This document shows positions 19,086 to 28,948 of a stretch of DNA of 64,000 nucleotides, in pieces. Location of the stretch: the NCBI GenBank assembly GCA_031549385.1, contig JAVBPW010000001.1, positions 256,001-320,000 on the forward strand, read 5' to 3'. A program made the translations under genes and the position numbers. This DNA comes from Alphaproteobacteria bacterium. GTDB taxonomy: Bacteria; Pseudomonadota; Alphaproteobacteria; Rs-D84; SZUA-605. The stretch's first letter is position 1. Each line of letters starts with the position of its first letter. The notes under the pieces are model-generated. The model saw only the letters and a list, made by a program, of their open reading frames with translations. It was not told the origin of the DNA and did not search any database.

Positions 19086-19298
19086 GCAGATATGTTTTAT
19101 GAAAATTAAAAAAGACGGTGTTTGGTGAGATTTTTATATCTATAACTCTCTGTTTTTGGATTCTAATTTGACTCTTTTTGTTTTTTAATAATCTGTATTT
19201 TCTTTTGTTTGCTTTTTTAATTTTTATAATTATTGATTTTTTAGTTCAAATTTGGTATTAATCAAACAATTAAAATTTATTGAAAAAAGGTGTTTAGT

Positions 19299-20972
19299 AT
19301 GTCACAAAAAGTTCTTATTACTTCTGCTTTACCATATGTTAATGGAGTGCCTCATTTAGGTCACTTGGTTGGGTGTTTATTGCCTTCTGATGTTTTTGCT
19401 AGATTCAATAGGCTGCTTGGTAATGAAGTTTTGTATATTGGTGGAACAGATGAATATGGTACACCTACTGAAGTTGGTGCTCTTAAAGAAGGAATTCCTG
19501 TTAGGGAATATGTTGATAAATATTTTAATGTGCACAAAGAAACTTATGATAAATTCAATTTATCTTTTAATAAGTTAGGGAGAACTTCTACTGATACTCA
19601 TACTAAATTAGTGCAATCTGTTTTTTTAGAATTAAAAGAAAATGGATATATCGAAAACAAAGAAATTGAACAAGTTTATAGTATCAAAGATGATATGTTT
19701 TTGGCTGACAGATATATCGAAGGAACTTGTCCTAAATGTGGATATGAAAAAGCACGTGGAGATCAATGTGATAAATGTGGGTCACTTCTTGATCCTGTTG
19801 ATCTTATTAATCCTTATAGTGTTATTTCTGGATCTCATGATTTGGAAGTTAGAAAAACTGAACATGCTTTTTTGAAATTAAAATCTATGCAGGGGTTAGT
19901 TGAAGATTGGATTAAAACTCGTGTTGGCTGGAGCAAGGTTGCACTTTCTATTGCTAATAAATGGCTTAAGGAAGGTTTGAAGGATAGATGTATTACTAGA
20001 GATATTAAATGGGGTATTCCTGTTCCTGATATGCCTGGAAAAGTTTTTTATGTTTGGTTTGATGCTCCTTGGGGATATGTTTCTATATCTCAAAAATGGG
20101 CAGAAGAAACTGGCGGAGATTGGAAAAGGTTTTGGTTTGAAAATGATACAAGATATTATCAATTTATGGGAAAAGATAATGTGCCTTTCCATAGTGTAAT
20201 GTTTCCTGCTGAAGAATTGGCTACTACTACTAAATGGAAAACAGTTGATGTTTTAAAAGGTTTGAACTTTTTAAACTTTGGTGATGGAAAATTTTCTAAA
20301 TCTTTAGGAAATGGTTTTTCTGGATTAGATGCTGTTGAACTTTTTGATGTAGATTATTGGAGATATTGGTTAATGGCTAATTCACCTGAAAGTGATGATG
20401 CTGAATTTACTTTTAATATTTTTGCAGATCAAATTAATAAAGACCTTAATGATATTTTAGGTAACTTTGTTTTGAGAGTTTTGAAATTTTGTAGGTCTAA
20501 ATTTGGAACTAATGTTCCTGAAAACTTTGGCAATACTGACGTTGAAAATAAATTATTTTCTCAATTAGATGAAAAGGTGGAAGAATATAACTTTGCATTA
20601 TCAAATTTAGAATTTAGAAAAGCTACTAAGGCTTTGCGTGAAATTTGGGTGCTTGGTAATGAGTATATTGCAAACAGTGAACCTTGGAGTGTTATTAAGA
20701 CTGATGAAAAAAGAGCTATGACTATTATTCATAATTCTATTAAATTAATTGCTTTGTTTGGTGTGTTGTCACAACCTATTATGCCTGGAGTTGCCAAAAA
20801 ACTTTTAGCTTTTGTTGGTGTTGAAAAAGAAAACCTTTGGGTTAATGACAATGTGGAAGATTTTGTTAATTCTTTAATTGTTTCTGGAAATGAAATATTT
20901 GTGCCAGATACTTTGTTTGAAAAAATAGATGATGTTAAAGTTGCAGAACTAAAGGAAAAATATAAAGGATAG
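19299..20972 (+). CDS. metG: Methionine--tRNA ligase
   Basis: TSALPYVNG.PHLGH, Zn knuckle CPKC..CDKC, YVWFDA, GKDNVPFH, KFSKS. Confidence 0.97.
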   Translation: MSQKVLITSALPYVNGVPHLGHLVGCLLPSDVFARFNRLLGNEVLYIGGTDEYGTPTEVGALKEGIPVREYVDKYFNVHKETYDKFNLSFNKLGRTSTDTHTKLVQSVFLELKENGYIENKEIEQVYSIKDDMFLADRYIEGTCPKCGYEKARGDQCDKCGSLLDPVDLINPYSVISGSHDLEVRKTEHAFLKLKSMQGLVEDWIKTRVGWSKVALSIANKWLKEGLKDRCITRDIKWGIPVPDMPGKVFYVWFDAPWGYVSISQKWAEETGGDWKRFWFENDTRYYQFMGKDNVPFHSVMFPAEELATTTKWKTVDVLKGLNFLNFGDGKFSKSLGNGFSGLDAVELFDVDYWRYWLMANSPESDDAEFTFNIFADQINKDLNDILGNFVLRVLKFCRSKFGTNVPENFGNTDVENKLFSQLDEKVEEYNFALSNLEFRKATKALREIWVLGNEYIANSEPWSVIKTDEKRAMTIIHNSIKLIALFGVLSQPIMPGVAKKLLAFVGVEKENLWVNDNVEDFVNSLIVSGNEIFVPDTLFEKIDDVKVAELKEKYKG

Positions 20973-20974
20973 AT

Positions 20975-22165
20975 ATGAGAAAGTTATTAATTATTCTTTG
21001 TTTATTTTCTTGTTTCTTTGTACAGGCACGTCCTTTAAAGACACCTGGAAAAAGTGGTATTGTTATTGATTATGAAACAGGACAAATATTGTTTGAAAAA
21101 GATGCTTTTACTCCTATTGCACCTTCTAATATTTCTAAATTGATGACACTTTATACTGCTTATACTCAAATAGATAAACAAAAGTTAGATGTAAATGATA
21201 GTTTTTTTGTTTCTGAAAAAGCGTTAGAAGGAATTGATACAGGTGAAGTTACTGTTTTATTAAAAGTAGGGCAGAAAATTAAAATTAAAGATTTGTTGGA
21301 AGCAGTTGCTATTACTTATGCTGTGGATGCTTGTAAAGTTCTTGCAGAAGGAATTGCTGGAAGTGAAGAAAAGTTTATTGAAATGATGAATTCTACTGCA
21401 AAAGAATTAGGGTTGTCTTCATCATCATTTACTAATTCTTATGGAAAGAATGAAAAAGGACAAGCTATGTCACCATATGATATTAGTGCATTGTTTAGTA
21501 AAATAATTAGTCAGTATCCAGAATATTATAAATCATTTAATAAAAGATTCTTTGATTATGATGGGGCTACTCATGAAGAGAAAACTAAGTATGTTTATAA
21601 TTTTGGAAACAAAAATAAAATTATTTGGGATATGAGAGGGGCTGATGGTGGTGTTGTTGGGTTTACTAAATATGTAGGATATAACATTGTTGCTTCAGCT
21701 GTTAAAGAAAATAGAAGATTAATTGTTGTTCTTTCTGGATTAAAAGCTCAGGGTAGTTTGGAAGAAATCAATCTTGCTCGAGCTCGAGAGGCTAAAGCAG
21801 TTATGAATTCTGTGTTTGAAGATTATACTATTAAGACTTTTTTTAAAACTGAAAAGCCTATTGCAAAAATTGATTTGATGTATGGAAAGAATAAATTTGT
21901 TGCTATTTATCCAGAACGAGATGTTTATTTTATGTATCCTAATAATGCTAAACATAATATTGTTTTGAATGTTTCTTTTTTTGATAGAGTTACTGCCCCA
22001 GTTAAAAAAGGACAAATTGTTGGAAATATTGACATGGTTGTTGATGGTATTAAAATAGATAGCTATAAGGTGATTATTGGAGAAAATGTGAGGTCTTTAT
22101 ATTTTGGACCTGCTAGATTTTTTGAGAACTTAAAACAATTTTTATTATTATTTATTAAGAGGTAA
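20975..22165 (+). CDS. DacA/PBP5-like protein, predicted catalytically inactive
   Basis: S11 domain plus PBP5_C domain in the dacA-tmk-holB context, but the SxxK, SxN and KTG motifs are all replaced. Confidence 0.8.
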   Translation: MRKLLIILCLFSCFFVQARPLKTPGKSGIVIDYETGQILFEKDAFTPIAPSNISKLMTLYTAYTQIDKQKLDVNDSFFVSEKALEGIDTGEVTVLLKVGQKIKIKDLLEAVAITYAVDACKVLAEGIAGSEEKFIEMMNSTAKELGLSSSSFTNSYGKNEKGQAMSPYDISALFSKIISQYPEYYKSFNKRFFDYDGATHEEKTKYVYNFGNKNKIIWDMRGADGGVVGFTKYVGYNIVASAVKENRRLIVVLSGLKAQGSLEEINLARAREAKAVMNSVFEDYTIKTFFKTEKPIAKIDLMYGKNKFVAIYPERDVYFMYPNNAKHNIVLNVSFFDRVTAPVKKGQIVGNIDMVVDGIKIDSYKVIIGENVRSLYFGPARFFENLKQFLLLFIKR

Positions 22166-22167
22166 TT

Positions 22168-22830
22168 ATGGTACGAGGAAAATTTATTTCTGTTGAAGGT
22201 GGAGATGGTAGTGGAAAAACTACTCAACTTAGACTTCTTGCTAAATATTTAGAAGAAAAAAATATTCCTGTGTTGTTTACTAAAGAACCTGGTGGCACGG
22301 AAGTTGGAAAGGAAATTAGAAAAATACTTTTAGAAGGACATAAGGAAATAGATTCACTTACAGAATCATTATTGTTTTTTGCTGATAGACGATTGCATGT
22401 TGAAAATGTTATTAAGCCTGCTTTAGAAAAAGGCATTAATGTTATTTCTGATAGATTTGCTGATACTACTTATGCTTTTCAAAAAGCAGCTGGTGGAATT
22501 GATGATAAAACTTTTGATGGGCTTTACAGAGTGACTATTGGGGATTTTAAACCTGATATGACTATTTATCTTGATATTGATCCAGAACTTGGACTTAAAA
22601 GATCTTGTAGAGTGCAAAATCACGAAACACGTATGGAAGAAAAAGGATTGGAATATCATAAACTGGTTAGAAAAGGGTATTTAGATATTGCTTCTAAAGA
22701 TAAAAACCGTTTTAGAATTATAGATAAAGATGCTTGTAGCACTATGAATAAAGAAGATGATATTTGTTGCACTTTTGAGTTAATAAAAAATTTTGTTGAA
22801 GAAGGGTTAGGATTAAAAAAGAATGGATAA
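22168..22830 (+). CDS. tmk: Thymidylate kinase
   Basis: EGGDGSGKTTQ, KEPGGT, SDRF.DTT.AFQ. Confidence 0.96.
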   Translation: MVRGKFISVEGGDGSGKTTQLRLLAKYLEEKNIPVLFTKEPGGTEVGKEIRKILLEGHKEIDSLTESLLFFADRRLHVENVIKPALEKGINVISDRFADTTYAFQKAAGGIDDKTFDGLYRVTIGDFKPDMTIYLDIDPELGLKRSCRVQNHETRMEEKGLEYHKLVRKGYLDIASKDKNRFRIIDKDACSTMNKEDDICCTFELIKNFVEEGLGLKKNG

Positions 22831-23719
22831 AAACTTTTTAATTAATTGTGAGAAAAATGAAAAAATTATTCTGGATGCGTTTAATTCAGATTCATTACAT
22901 CATGCCTATCTTCTTGTTGGAAATAAGGGTGTTGGTAAATTTAGATTTGCTATGAAAATGGCTAGGTTTTTAATGTCTGGTTTGGAAGCTCCTGCTGTTA
23001 GTGTTGATCTTCCTAATGATGATCCTATTTTTTCGCGAATCGAAAAAGGTGGAATTACTGATTTTAAATTTGTTAAAGTTAATGATGGAAAAAAGGAAAT
23101 TGTTATTGAACAAATCAGAGATATTAATGATTTGTTTTATACTACTTCTGCTATGGGTGGATACCGAGTTGTTATTATCGATGAAGTTGAATTGATGAAT
23201 AAAAATACTGCTAATGCTCTTTTGAAGAATTTAGAAGAGCCTCCATTGAAAACTATATTCTTTTTAGTTTGTAATAATTTGAATGCTATTTTGCCTACGA
23301 TTAGATCACGTTGTTTTATTATGAAATTTGCTGATTTGACTCCTGCTCAAATTAAAGAATGTATCGAAATGTATAGTCCTGATTTCAATAATGAATATAT
23401 GGATGAAGTTTTAGAATATTCTGATGGAAGTATTGGGAAAGCGTTAGATTATATTGATAATTTTGAAGTTATTTCACAACTTAATATGGTGCTTGATTTA
23501 GTTAAAGCTGGAAAACGTGATGATGTTTTTAACTTTATTATTTTGGTTGATCAAAATGATGCATATAAAATTGTGTATTCTGTATTACTTAAAAAAATTA
23601 GAAGTGAATCTGTTTATAAAAAATTTGTGACTGAAGTTAATATTGTTAATGTGCTTAATTTAGATAATCAAATGCTATTGTTATTGTTGTTAGAAGAGGT
23701 TGCTAAAAATGCTGATTGA
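22823..23719 (+). CDS. holB: DNA polymerase III delta' subunit
   Basis: HHAYLL.G.KGVGK, ANALLK.LEEPP, LPTIRSRC; follows tmk. Confidence 0.93.
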   Translation: MDKNFLINCEKNEKIILDAFNSDSLHHAYLLVGNKGVGKFRFAMKMARFLMSGLEAPAVSVDLPNDDPIFSRIEKGGITDFKFVKVNDGKKEIVIEQIRDINDLFYTTSAMGGYRVVIIDEVELMNKNTANALLKNLEEPPLKTIFFLVCNNLNAILPTIRSRCFIMKFADLTPAQIKECIEMYSPDFNNEYMDEVLEYSDGSIGKALDYIDNFEVISQLNMVLDLVKAGKRDDVFNFIILVDQNDAYKIVYSVLLKKIRSESVYKKFVTEVNIVNVLNLDNQMLLLLLLEEVAKNAD

Positions 23720-24470
23720 TTCACATTGTCATTTAGATGATGAAAAATATGTTGTTTTAGATGAAGTAATTGAAAGGGCTGCTGATAATAATGTTTGTGG
23801 AATATTATCTGTGGCTGCTGATATTTTGGAATGGGATAAGGTTGTTAGTATTGCTGATACTTATAATAATGTTTGGGCTGCACTTGGAATTCATCCCTAT
23901 GGATGCTGCGATTACCAAAAAATAAAAAAGTCGGCTTTTGAGTCAAAAAAAGTAGTAGCTGTTGGTGAATGTGGTTTGGATTATGCAGGCGATAATGCTG
24001 ATGATAAAAAAGGACAAAAGAAAGCTTTTATTTTTCAACTTGATTTAGCAAGAGAATTGGACCTTCCAGTAATTATTCATACCAGAGATGCTGATAAAGA
24101 TATGGGAGATATTCTTTCAAGTGAATATAAGAATAAACCTTTTAGAGCAGTGCTTCATAGTTATACATCTGGATGGGATTTATTGAAAATTGGGTTGGAT
24201 TTGGATTTTTTTGTTTCTGCTTCTGGAATTATTACTTTTAAAAATGCTCCTGAAGTTAGGGCTAATTTTGAAAAAGCACCTGTGGATAAAATATTAGTCG
24301 AAACAGATGGACCTTGGTTGGCTCCTGTTCCTTTCAGAGGAAAAATTTGTGAACCATTTATGGTTAAATATACTGCTGAAAAATTAGCAGAATTGAAAGA
24401 TATGAAGTTTGAAGATATTGAGGATATTACTACTGATAATTTCTTTAGATTGTTTAATAAATGTTTGTAG
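23709..24470 (+). CDS. tatD: TatD family deoxyribonuclease
   Basis: IDSHCHL, GIHP, VGECGLDY, IHTRDA, ETDGPWLAP. Confidence 0.93.
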   Translation: MLIDSHCHLDDEKYVVLDEVIERAADNNVCGILSVAADILEWDKVVSIADTYNNVWAALGIHPYGCCDYQKIKKSAFESKKVVAVGECGLDYAGDNADDKKGQKKAFIFQLDLARELDLPVIIHTRDADKDMGDILSSEYKNKPFRAVLHSYTSGWDLLKIGLDLDFFVSASGIITFKNAPEVRANFEKAPVDKILVETDGPWLAPVPFRGKICEPFMVKYTAEKLAELKDMKFEDIEDITTDNFFRLFNKCL

Positions 24471-24480
24471 GGAAGATTTT

Positions 24481-25011
24481 ATGAAAAAGATTTTAGTAGC
24501 TTTGACTATTTTACTTTCTGCACCATGTTTTGCATGGGGAGAAGATTCTTTTGTTTATTTGGATTTTAAATTGGCTAGTGCTTTATCTTCTAATGATGAT
24601 TATGATGGTTATCAACATGATGTGTTTGGAGCTGGGTTTGCTGGTGGGGTAGTTATTCCTTTAAATGATTGGTTTAATTTTAGAGGTGAGTTGGCTTATG
24701 AATTTGGTGTTCTTGATTCTGGTGGACTTTCTGAACAAAAATGGATACTTTATCCTATGTTTAGAGTTGGGTTAGAAATGCATTACAAAGAGTTTCCTGT
24801 TATACCTTATGCTTTGATTGGGGGAATGCCTCATATAGAAGGTGTGTTTGAATATCCTGGTTGGGACGCAACTGTTGGTATCAGACTTCCTGTGTTCGGT
24901 GATGAGGGGTCTGTATCATTTGGTATGGTATATGGTCAACTTTACCCTGAAGATCCAGGTGACGATGTTAAAAAACATATGGGATTTATTTCTTTAAGCC
25001 ATTCTTTTTAA
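24481..25011 (+). CDS. Putative outer-membrane beta-barrel protein
   Basis: Signal peptide MKKILVAL..., alternating amphipathic strands, terminal Phe. Confidence 0.7.
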   Translation: MKKILVALTILLSAPCFAWGEDSFVYLDFKLASALSSNDDYDGYQHDVFGAGFAGGVVIPLNDWFNFRGELAYEFGVLDSGGLSEQKWILYPMFRVGLEMHYKEFPVIPYALIGGMPHIEGVFEYPGWDATVGIRLPVFGDEGSVSFGMVYGQLYPEDPGDDVKKHMGFISLSHSF

Positions 25012-25094
25012 GTTTCTTTTAATTATATTAAAACTTGACAAATTAAATTACTAAACTATGTTATAAATATATAACTTAGAAAAGTGAGTCGTTT

Positions 25095-25842
25095 TTGAAA
25101 ATTTTTTTAATACTGTTTTTAGCTGTTTTTTTAGTTGTTCCTTCTTATGCTGCTGGTGATAAGAAAACTTCTTCTAAATCATCTTCTAAGACTGCTAGAG
25201 TTGAGAAAAAAGCTAAAACACCGATAAAAGCTAAGCAAGTTAAGAAAGAGGCTCCTAAAAAAGAACAAGTTAAAGAAAAAATCATTATTAAAAAAGAAAT
25301 TGTTTATAAAGAACCTGAAGTTGTTTATGTTAGGGTTGAGCCTGTTATTAAGACTAAAACATACATAGAAGCACAAATTATGGAAGGTTTGTATAAGGTT
25401 AAGGTAATAGATATGGAGTCTATGCCTACACGCACTATGCCAGGAGCTTCAATTTCAGCAGGATTTACAACCCCTATTAACAATACTTTATATTTTAGAA
25501 GCGAAGGAGCTTATATATTTGGTTATAAGATAGATGATCAGACTAATTATTCTTCTTTTATGCTAAGGGCAGGGTTAGAAGTTAATCCATATAAAGCCAA
25601 GGTTATACCTTATGTTTTATTAGGTGGAGGGTATGTTGCTATTGATCCTCCGCATGCGTCTGTTTGGACTGCACCTGGTTGGGATTTTAACTTTTGGAGT
25701 TAAAGTGCCTATTAAAAACGGATGGAGTGTAGCTGCAGGGGCAACTTATATGCAAACTATTATGCACTATCCAGAATTACAGGGTAGGAGTGCTCGATTT
25801 GAAAGAATGGTTGGGTTTTTGGGCGTAAATAAAACTTTTTAA
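25095..25842 (+). pseudogene. Frameshifted paralogous outer-membrane beta-barrel protein
   Basis: Removing one T from 25685-25688 joins the ORFs as ...PGWD-LTFGVKVP...GFLGVNKTF, which parallels the upstream paralog (PGWDATVGIRLP...GFISLSHSF). Confidence 0.75.
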
Positions 25843-25904
25843 AAAATATTTTTTAAATAGCTTGCAATCTTAATATTTTAGAGTTATAGTTTGGTTCTTC
25901 TTAT

Positions 25905-25981
<77 letters not shown>

Positions 25982-25992
25982 CTTAATTTTCA

Positions 25993-26703
25993 ATGAATTA
26001 TATTGGGTTTGTAATGTCTTCATTTAAAAAATATTCATTTCAAGATAGCAAAGGTATAGAATTAAAAGCGAAGAGTGAAGAATTATCTAAAGCTCAACTA
26101 ACCGCTTTTACAAATGGTAATATTAGTACAGAAAGAAATATGTTTAATGTAGCTATAAGTAATATGTTTTATTCAAATATTGCAGCTTTTATAACTCTTT
26201 CAGAAAAAGGAAATTTTTTAGCAGCTAATGCTGTTGTAAGAATGCATATTGATTGTTTATTAAAATTGTTTTCTTCATTTATAATTTCTCCTGAAGAAGA
26301 TTGGATAAAATTTATGTTATTTTCTGATAGTTCACAAGATAATAAAAAAATTAAATATACTAATGGTAAAAAAACAGATATTAATTATAAATTTTTATAT
26401 CAACAATTTGAAAAACATACAAAAAATAAGAATATAGAGGCTTTATACAAGTACTTTTGTAAATATGTACACATGACAGAGGCTCAATTTAGACAATGTA
26501 TTGCATTTAAAGCTCCTTTTAAAGAGGCAGAATGGAGAGCATGTACAAATATTAACGGAATCCAAGACATGTTTGAAAATGATGTTAAGTATAGTTATAA
26601 TGCAATGTTACAAATTTCTAATGAAATAATTGCGTTTATGAAACTTTTAAAATTGCCTGAAAAATATAGAACTATTTATAAGAAGTTTAGTCTTATAAGT
26701 TAA
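25993..26703 (+). CDS. Hypothetical protein, possibly DUF5677/HEPN-like
   Basis: 236-aa helical ORF with A..VVR..ID and LY..FC.YVH motifs; A-rich codon usage. Confidence 0.6.
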   Translation: MNYIGFVMSSFKKYSFQDSKGIELKAKSEELSKAQLTAFTNGNISTERNMFNVAISNMFYSNIAAFITLSEKGNFLAANAVVRMHIDCLLKLFSSFIISPEEDWIKFMLFSDSSQDNKKIKYTNGKKTDINYKFLYQQFEKHTKNKNIEALYKYFCKYVHMTEAQFRQCIAFKAPFKEAEWRACTNINGIQDMFENDVKYSYNAMLQISNEIIAFMKLLKLPEKYRTIYKKFSLIS

Positions 26704-26718
26704 AAATATATGTTTACC

Positions 26719-27240
26719 TTATGGGTGGATTTGAATCGGGGTGCGGAGAGGGACTGATACATATAATTCGTCTATCTCTTCACTTGTTACTGCTATACAA
26801 CCTAATGTCCAATCAGATAGTGTATGGGCTGAACCTATTGCTCCCATACCGTTTGGAAGTCCGTGAATCTTTATTAATCCTCCTGGGGATTTTTTATTCT
26901 TTTTAGCAAATACTTTATCAGTTTCGTTTGGATAGGAGACGCCTAAATTTTTATGATAACTGCTGTTTGGATTTTTACCATCTATGTAATATAAACCTTC
27001 TGGGGTTTTCCCGTCGCCTTCAAATTGTTTTGCTCCTGTTGGGTTTGTACCTAAGGCTATTTTATAAGTTTTTAATAATTTTCCATTTTGATAAACTTTC
27101 ATTTCTCGTTTGCTTTTGAAGACTTCTATTTTATCTATTTTAGAATCTTTTGGAAGTGGGGCAGATGAGTTGGCAGTTAGAATCGAACATGAGAGGATTC
27201 CTATTATTAATACAGATAAAATAATTAAAAATTTTTTCAT
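26719..27240 (-). CDS. L,D-transpeptidase (YkuD family)
   Basis: EGDGKTPEG.Y, IHG...DWTLGCIA. Confidence 0.92.
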   Translation of the reverse strand: MKKFLIILSVLIIGILSCSILTANSSAPLPKDSKIDKIEVFKSKREMKVYQNGKLLKTYKIALGTNPTGAKQFEGDGKTPEGLYYIDGKNPNSSYHKNLGVSYPNETDKVFAKKNKKSPGGLIKIHGLPNGMGAIGSAHTLSDWTLGCIAVTSEEIDELYVSVPLRTPIQIHP

Positions 27241-27339
27241 TAGTTTTATTGTAAATAGTTTGGAAAATATGTCAAAGGAATTAATGCTTTACAATTTTTA
27301 TTTGAAATAGGATAATAATCCTAATTGAGAGGTTTAAAT

Positions 27340-27981
27340 ATGAAATTTTTGAAAAAACTTTTTACTACTAAAAAAACAAAAAGAAAAGAATTATGGAAAG
27401 AACAAAATAAACATAATTTTACTTGGATGGATGGAAAGTTTGATATTTCTAAAGTTCAAGTTGGCAATTATAGTTATGGACCTGTTAAAGCTTATTTTTG
27501 GGGTAGTGAAGGTGAAAAACTTGTTATTGGTAATTTTGTTTCTATTGCAAATAATGTAACATTTATTTGTGGTGGAAATCATCCTTATATGGGATTTTCT
27601 ACTTATCCTTTTAAGAGCTATTTTTTTGATGAACCTGATGATGTTTATTCTAATGGTTATATTGTTATTAAAGATGATGTGTGGATTGGTATGAATTCTG
27701 TAATAATGTCTGGAGTTACTGTTGGACAGGGAGCTGTTATTGCTGCTGGTGCGGTTGTGACTAAAGATGTTGAACCTTATGCTATTGTTGGTGGAAATCC
27801 TGCTAAACTTATTAAATATCGTTTTGATGAGGAAATAAGAGAAAAGATGTTGAGATTTGATTTTTCTCGATTAAGTAAAGAAATTATTATGAGAAATAAA
27901 GATATTTTGTATAGACCTTTAACATCTGAAAATATTAAACAGTTTGTAGGGGAGCGAAAATCAGAAATTGATTCTTTTTAA
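27340..27981 (+). CDS. CatB/Vat-related hexapeptide O-acetyltransferase
   Basis: IGNFVSIA, STYPF, DDVWIG, GAVIAAGAVVTKDV.PYAIVGGNPAK.I.YRF. Confidence 0.88.
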   Translation: MKFLKKLFTTKKTKRKELWKEQNKHNFTWMDGKFDISKVQVGNYSYGPVKAYFWGSEGEKLVIGNFVSIANNVTFICGGNHPYMGFSTYPFKSYFFDEPDDVYSNGYIVIKDDVWIGMNSVIMSGVTVGQGAVIAAGAVVTKDVEPYAIVGGNPAKLIKYRFDEEIREKMLRFDFSRLSKEIIMRNKDILYRPLTSENIKQFVGERKSEIDSF

Positions 27982-28940
27982 AATTCTTTTTTTTGTGGGC
28001 GGGAAAATAAAGCAGCAAAATTTTCTTTTAAATCTTTTCCTTCAAAGATTACTTTGTATAAACCTTGTGTGATTGGCATTTGTATTTGATGCTTTTTACA
28101 TAGGTTGTGTGTGGCTTCTAATGTGTCTACACCTTCTGCTAGTTTTTCCATCTTTATGCCTTTAACTAAATTTTCTCCGTATTTTCTGTTGTGACTGTGT
28201 GGAGAGAATAGAGTGGCTTCATAATCACCTAAATGTGCTAGTCCATAGGCAGACATAGGATTGCCTCCCTCTGCGTCTATCAAGCGGCTTATTTCTTTTG
28301 TGGCGCGTGACATTAATGCGCCTTTTAAAGATGAGTAGCCTAAGCCATCTAAAATACCAGCTGCTATTCCAATTACATTCTTTGTTGCAGCGCCTATTTC
28401 ATTTCCTATTAAATCATTTCCATAATAAAAACGAATCATTTCTGAACTGAAATTATCTACTATTTTTTTTGTTGTTTCTGGATTTTTGGAATCTATTACC
28501 ATGCAGTTTGGAATTCTTTTTACAAATTCTTGAACATGACCTGGACCTACCCAGATGGCTAATTCTATATCTTGATTAATTTCTTCTTCCATGATTTGTG
28601 TTAATCTTTTGCCTGTTCCTTTTTCCAAACCTTTCATGCAAAGGATAAAGGTTTTACCTTTTAAATCATGTGTGTTTAATTCTTTTGCTAGCCCTCTTAG
28701 ATTTTGTGAACCTATTGAGATTATTATTGTATCTGATGTGAGGGCTTGCTTTAAGTCTGATGATAATTCTATGTTATCATTTAATTCCAAATATTCGTTC
28801 TTTCGTGTTGTGAGAAGAGTTTGAAAGTCTGGAGCAGATGCTCTACTGTACAAAATTACTTTCTTAAATAAAAGGGAAGCATGCCATGCTTGGAATGTTC
28901 CCCATCTTCCTGAACCTATTACTGAAATTTGATTTTTCAT
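27978..28940 (-). CDS. gpsA: NAD(P)H-dependent glycerol-3-phosphate dehydrogenase
   Basis: IGSGRWGT, KGLE, KNVIGIAAG, GLAHLGD, AEGV. Confidence 0.93.
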   Translation of the reverse strand: MKNQISVIGSGRWGTFQAWHASLLFKKVILYSRASAPDFQTLLTTRKNEYLELNDNIELSSDLKQALTSDTIIISIGSQNLRGLAKELNTHDLKGKTFILCMKGLEKGTGKRLTQIMEEEINQDIELAIWVGPGHVQEFVKRIPNCMVIDSKNPETTKKIVDNFSSEMIRFYYGNDLIGNEIGAATKNVIGIAAGILDGLGYSSLKGALMSRATKEISRLIDAEGGNPMSAYGLAHLGDYEATLFSPHSHNRKYGENLVKGIKMEKLAEGVDTLEATHNLCKKHQIQMPITQGLYKVIFEGKDLKENFAALFSRPQKKEF

Positions 28941-28948
28941 AGTGCTAA

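Noticed and set aside
27340-27981. CatB/Vat-like gene as an acquired antibiotic-resistance determinant
   Set aside because: The family includes many sugar O-acetyltransferases, codon usage looks native and there is no mobile context; the substrate cannot be assigned from sequence.
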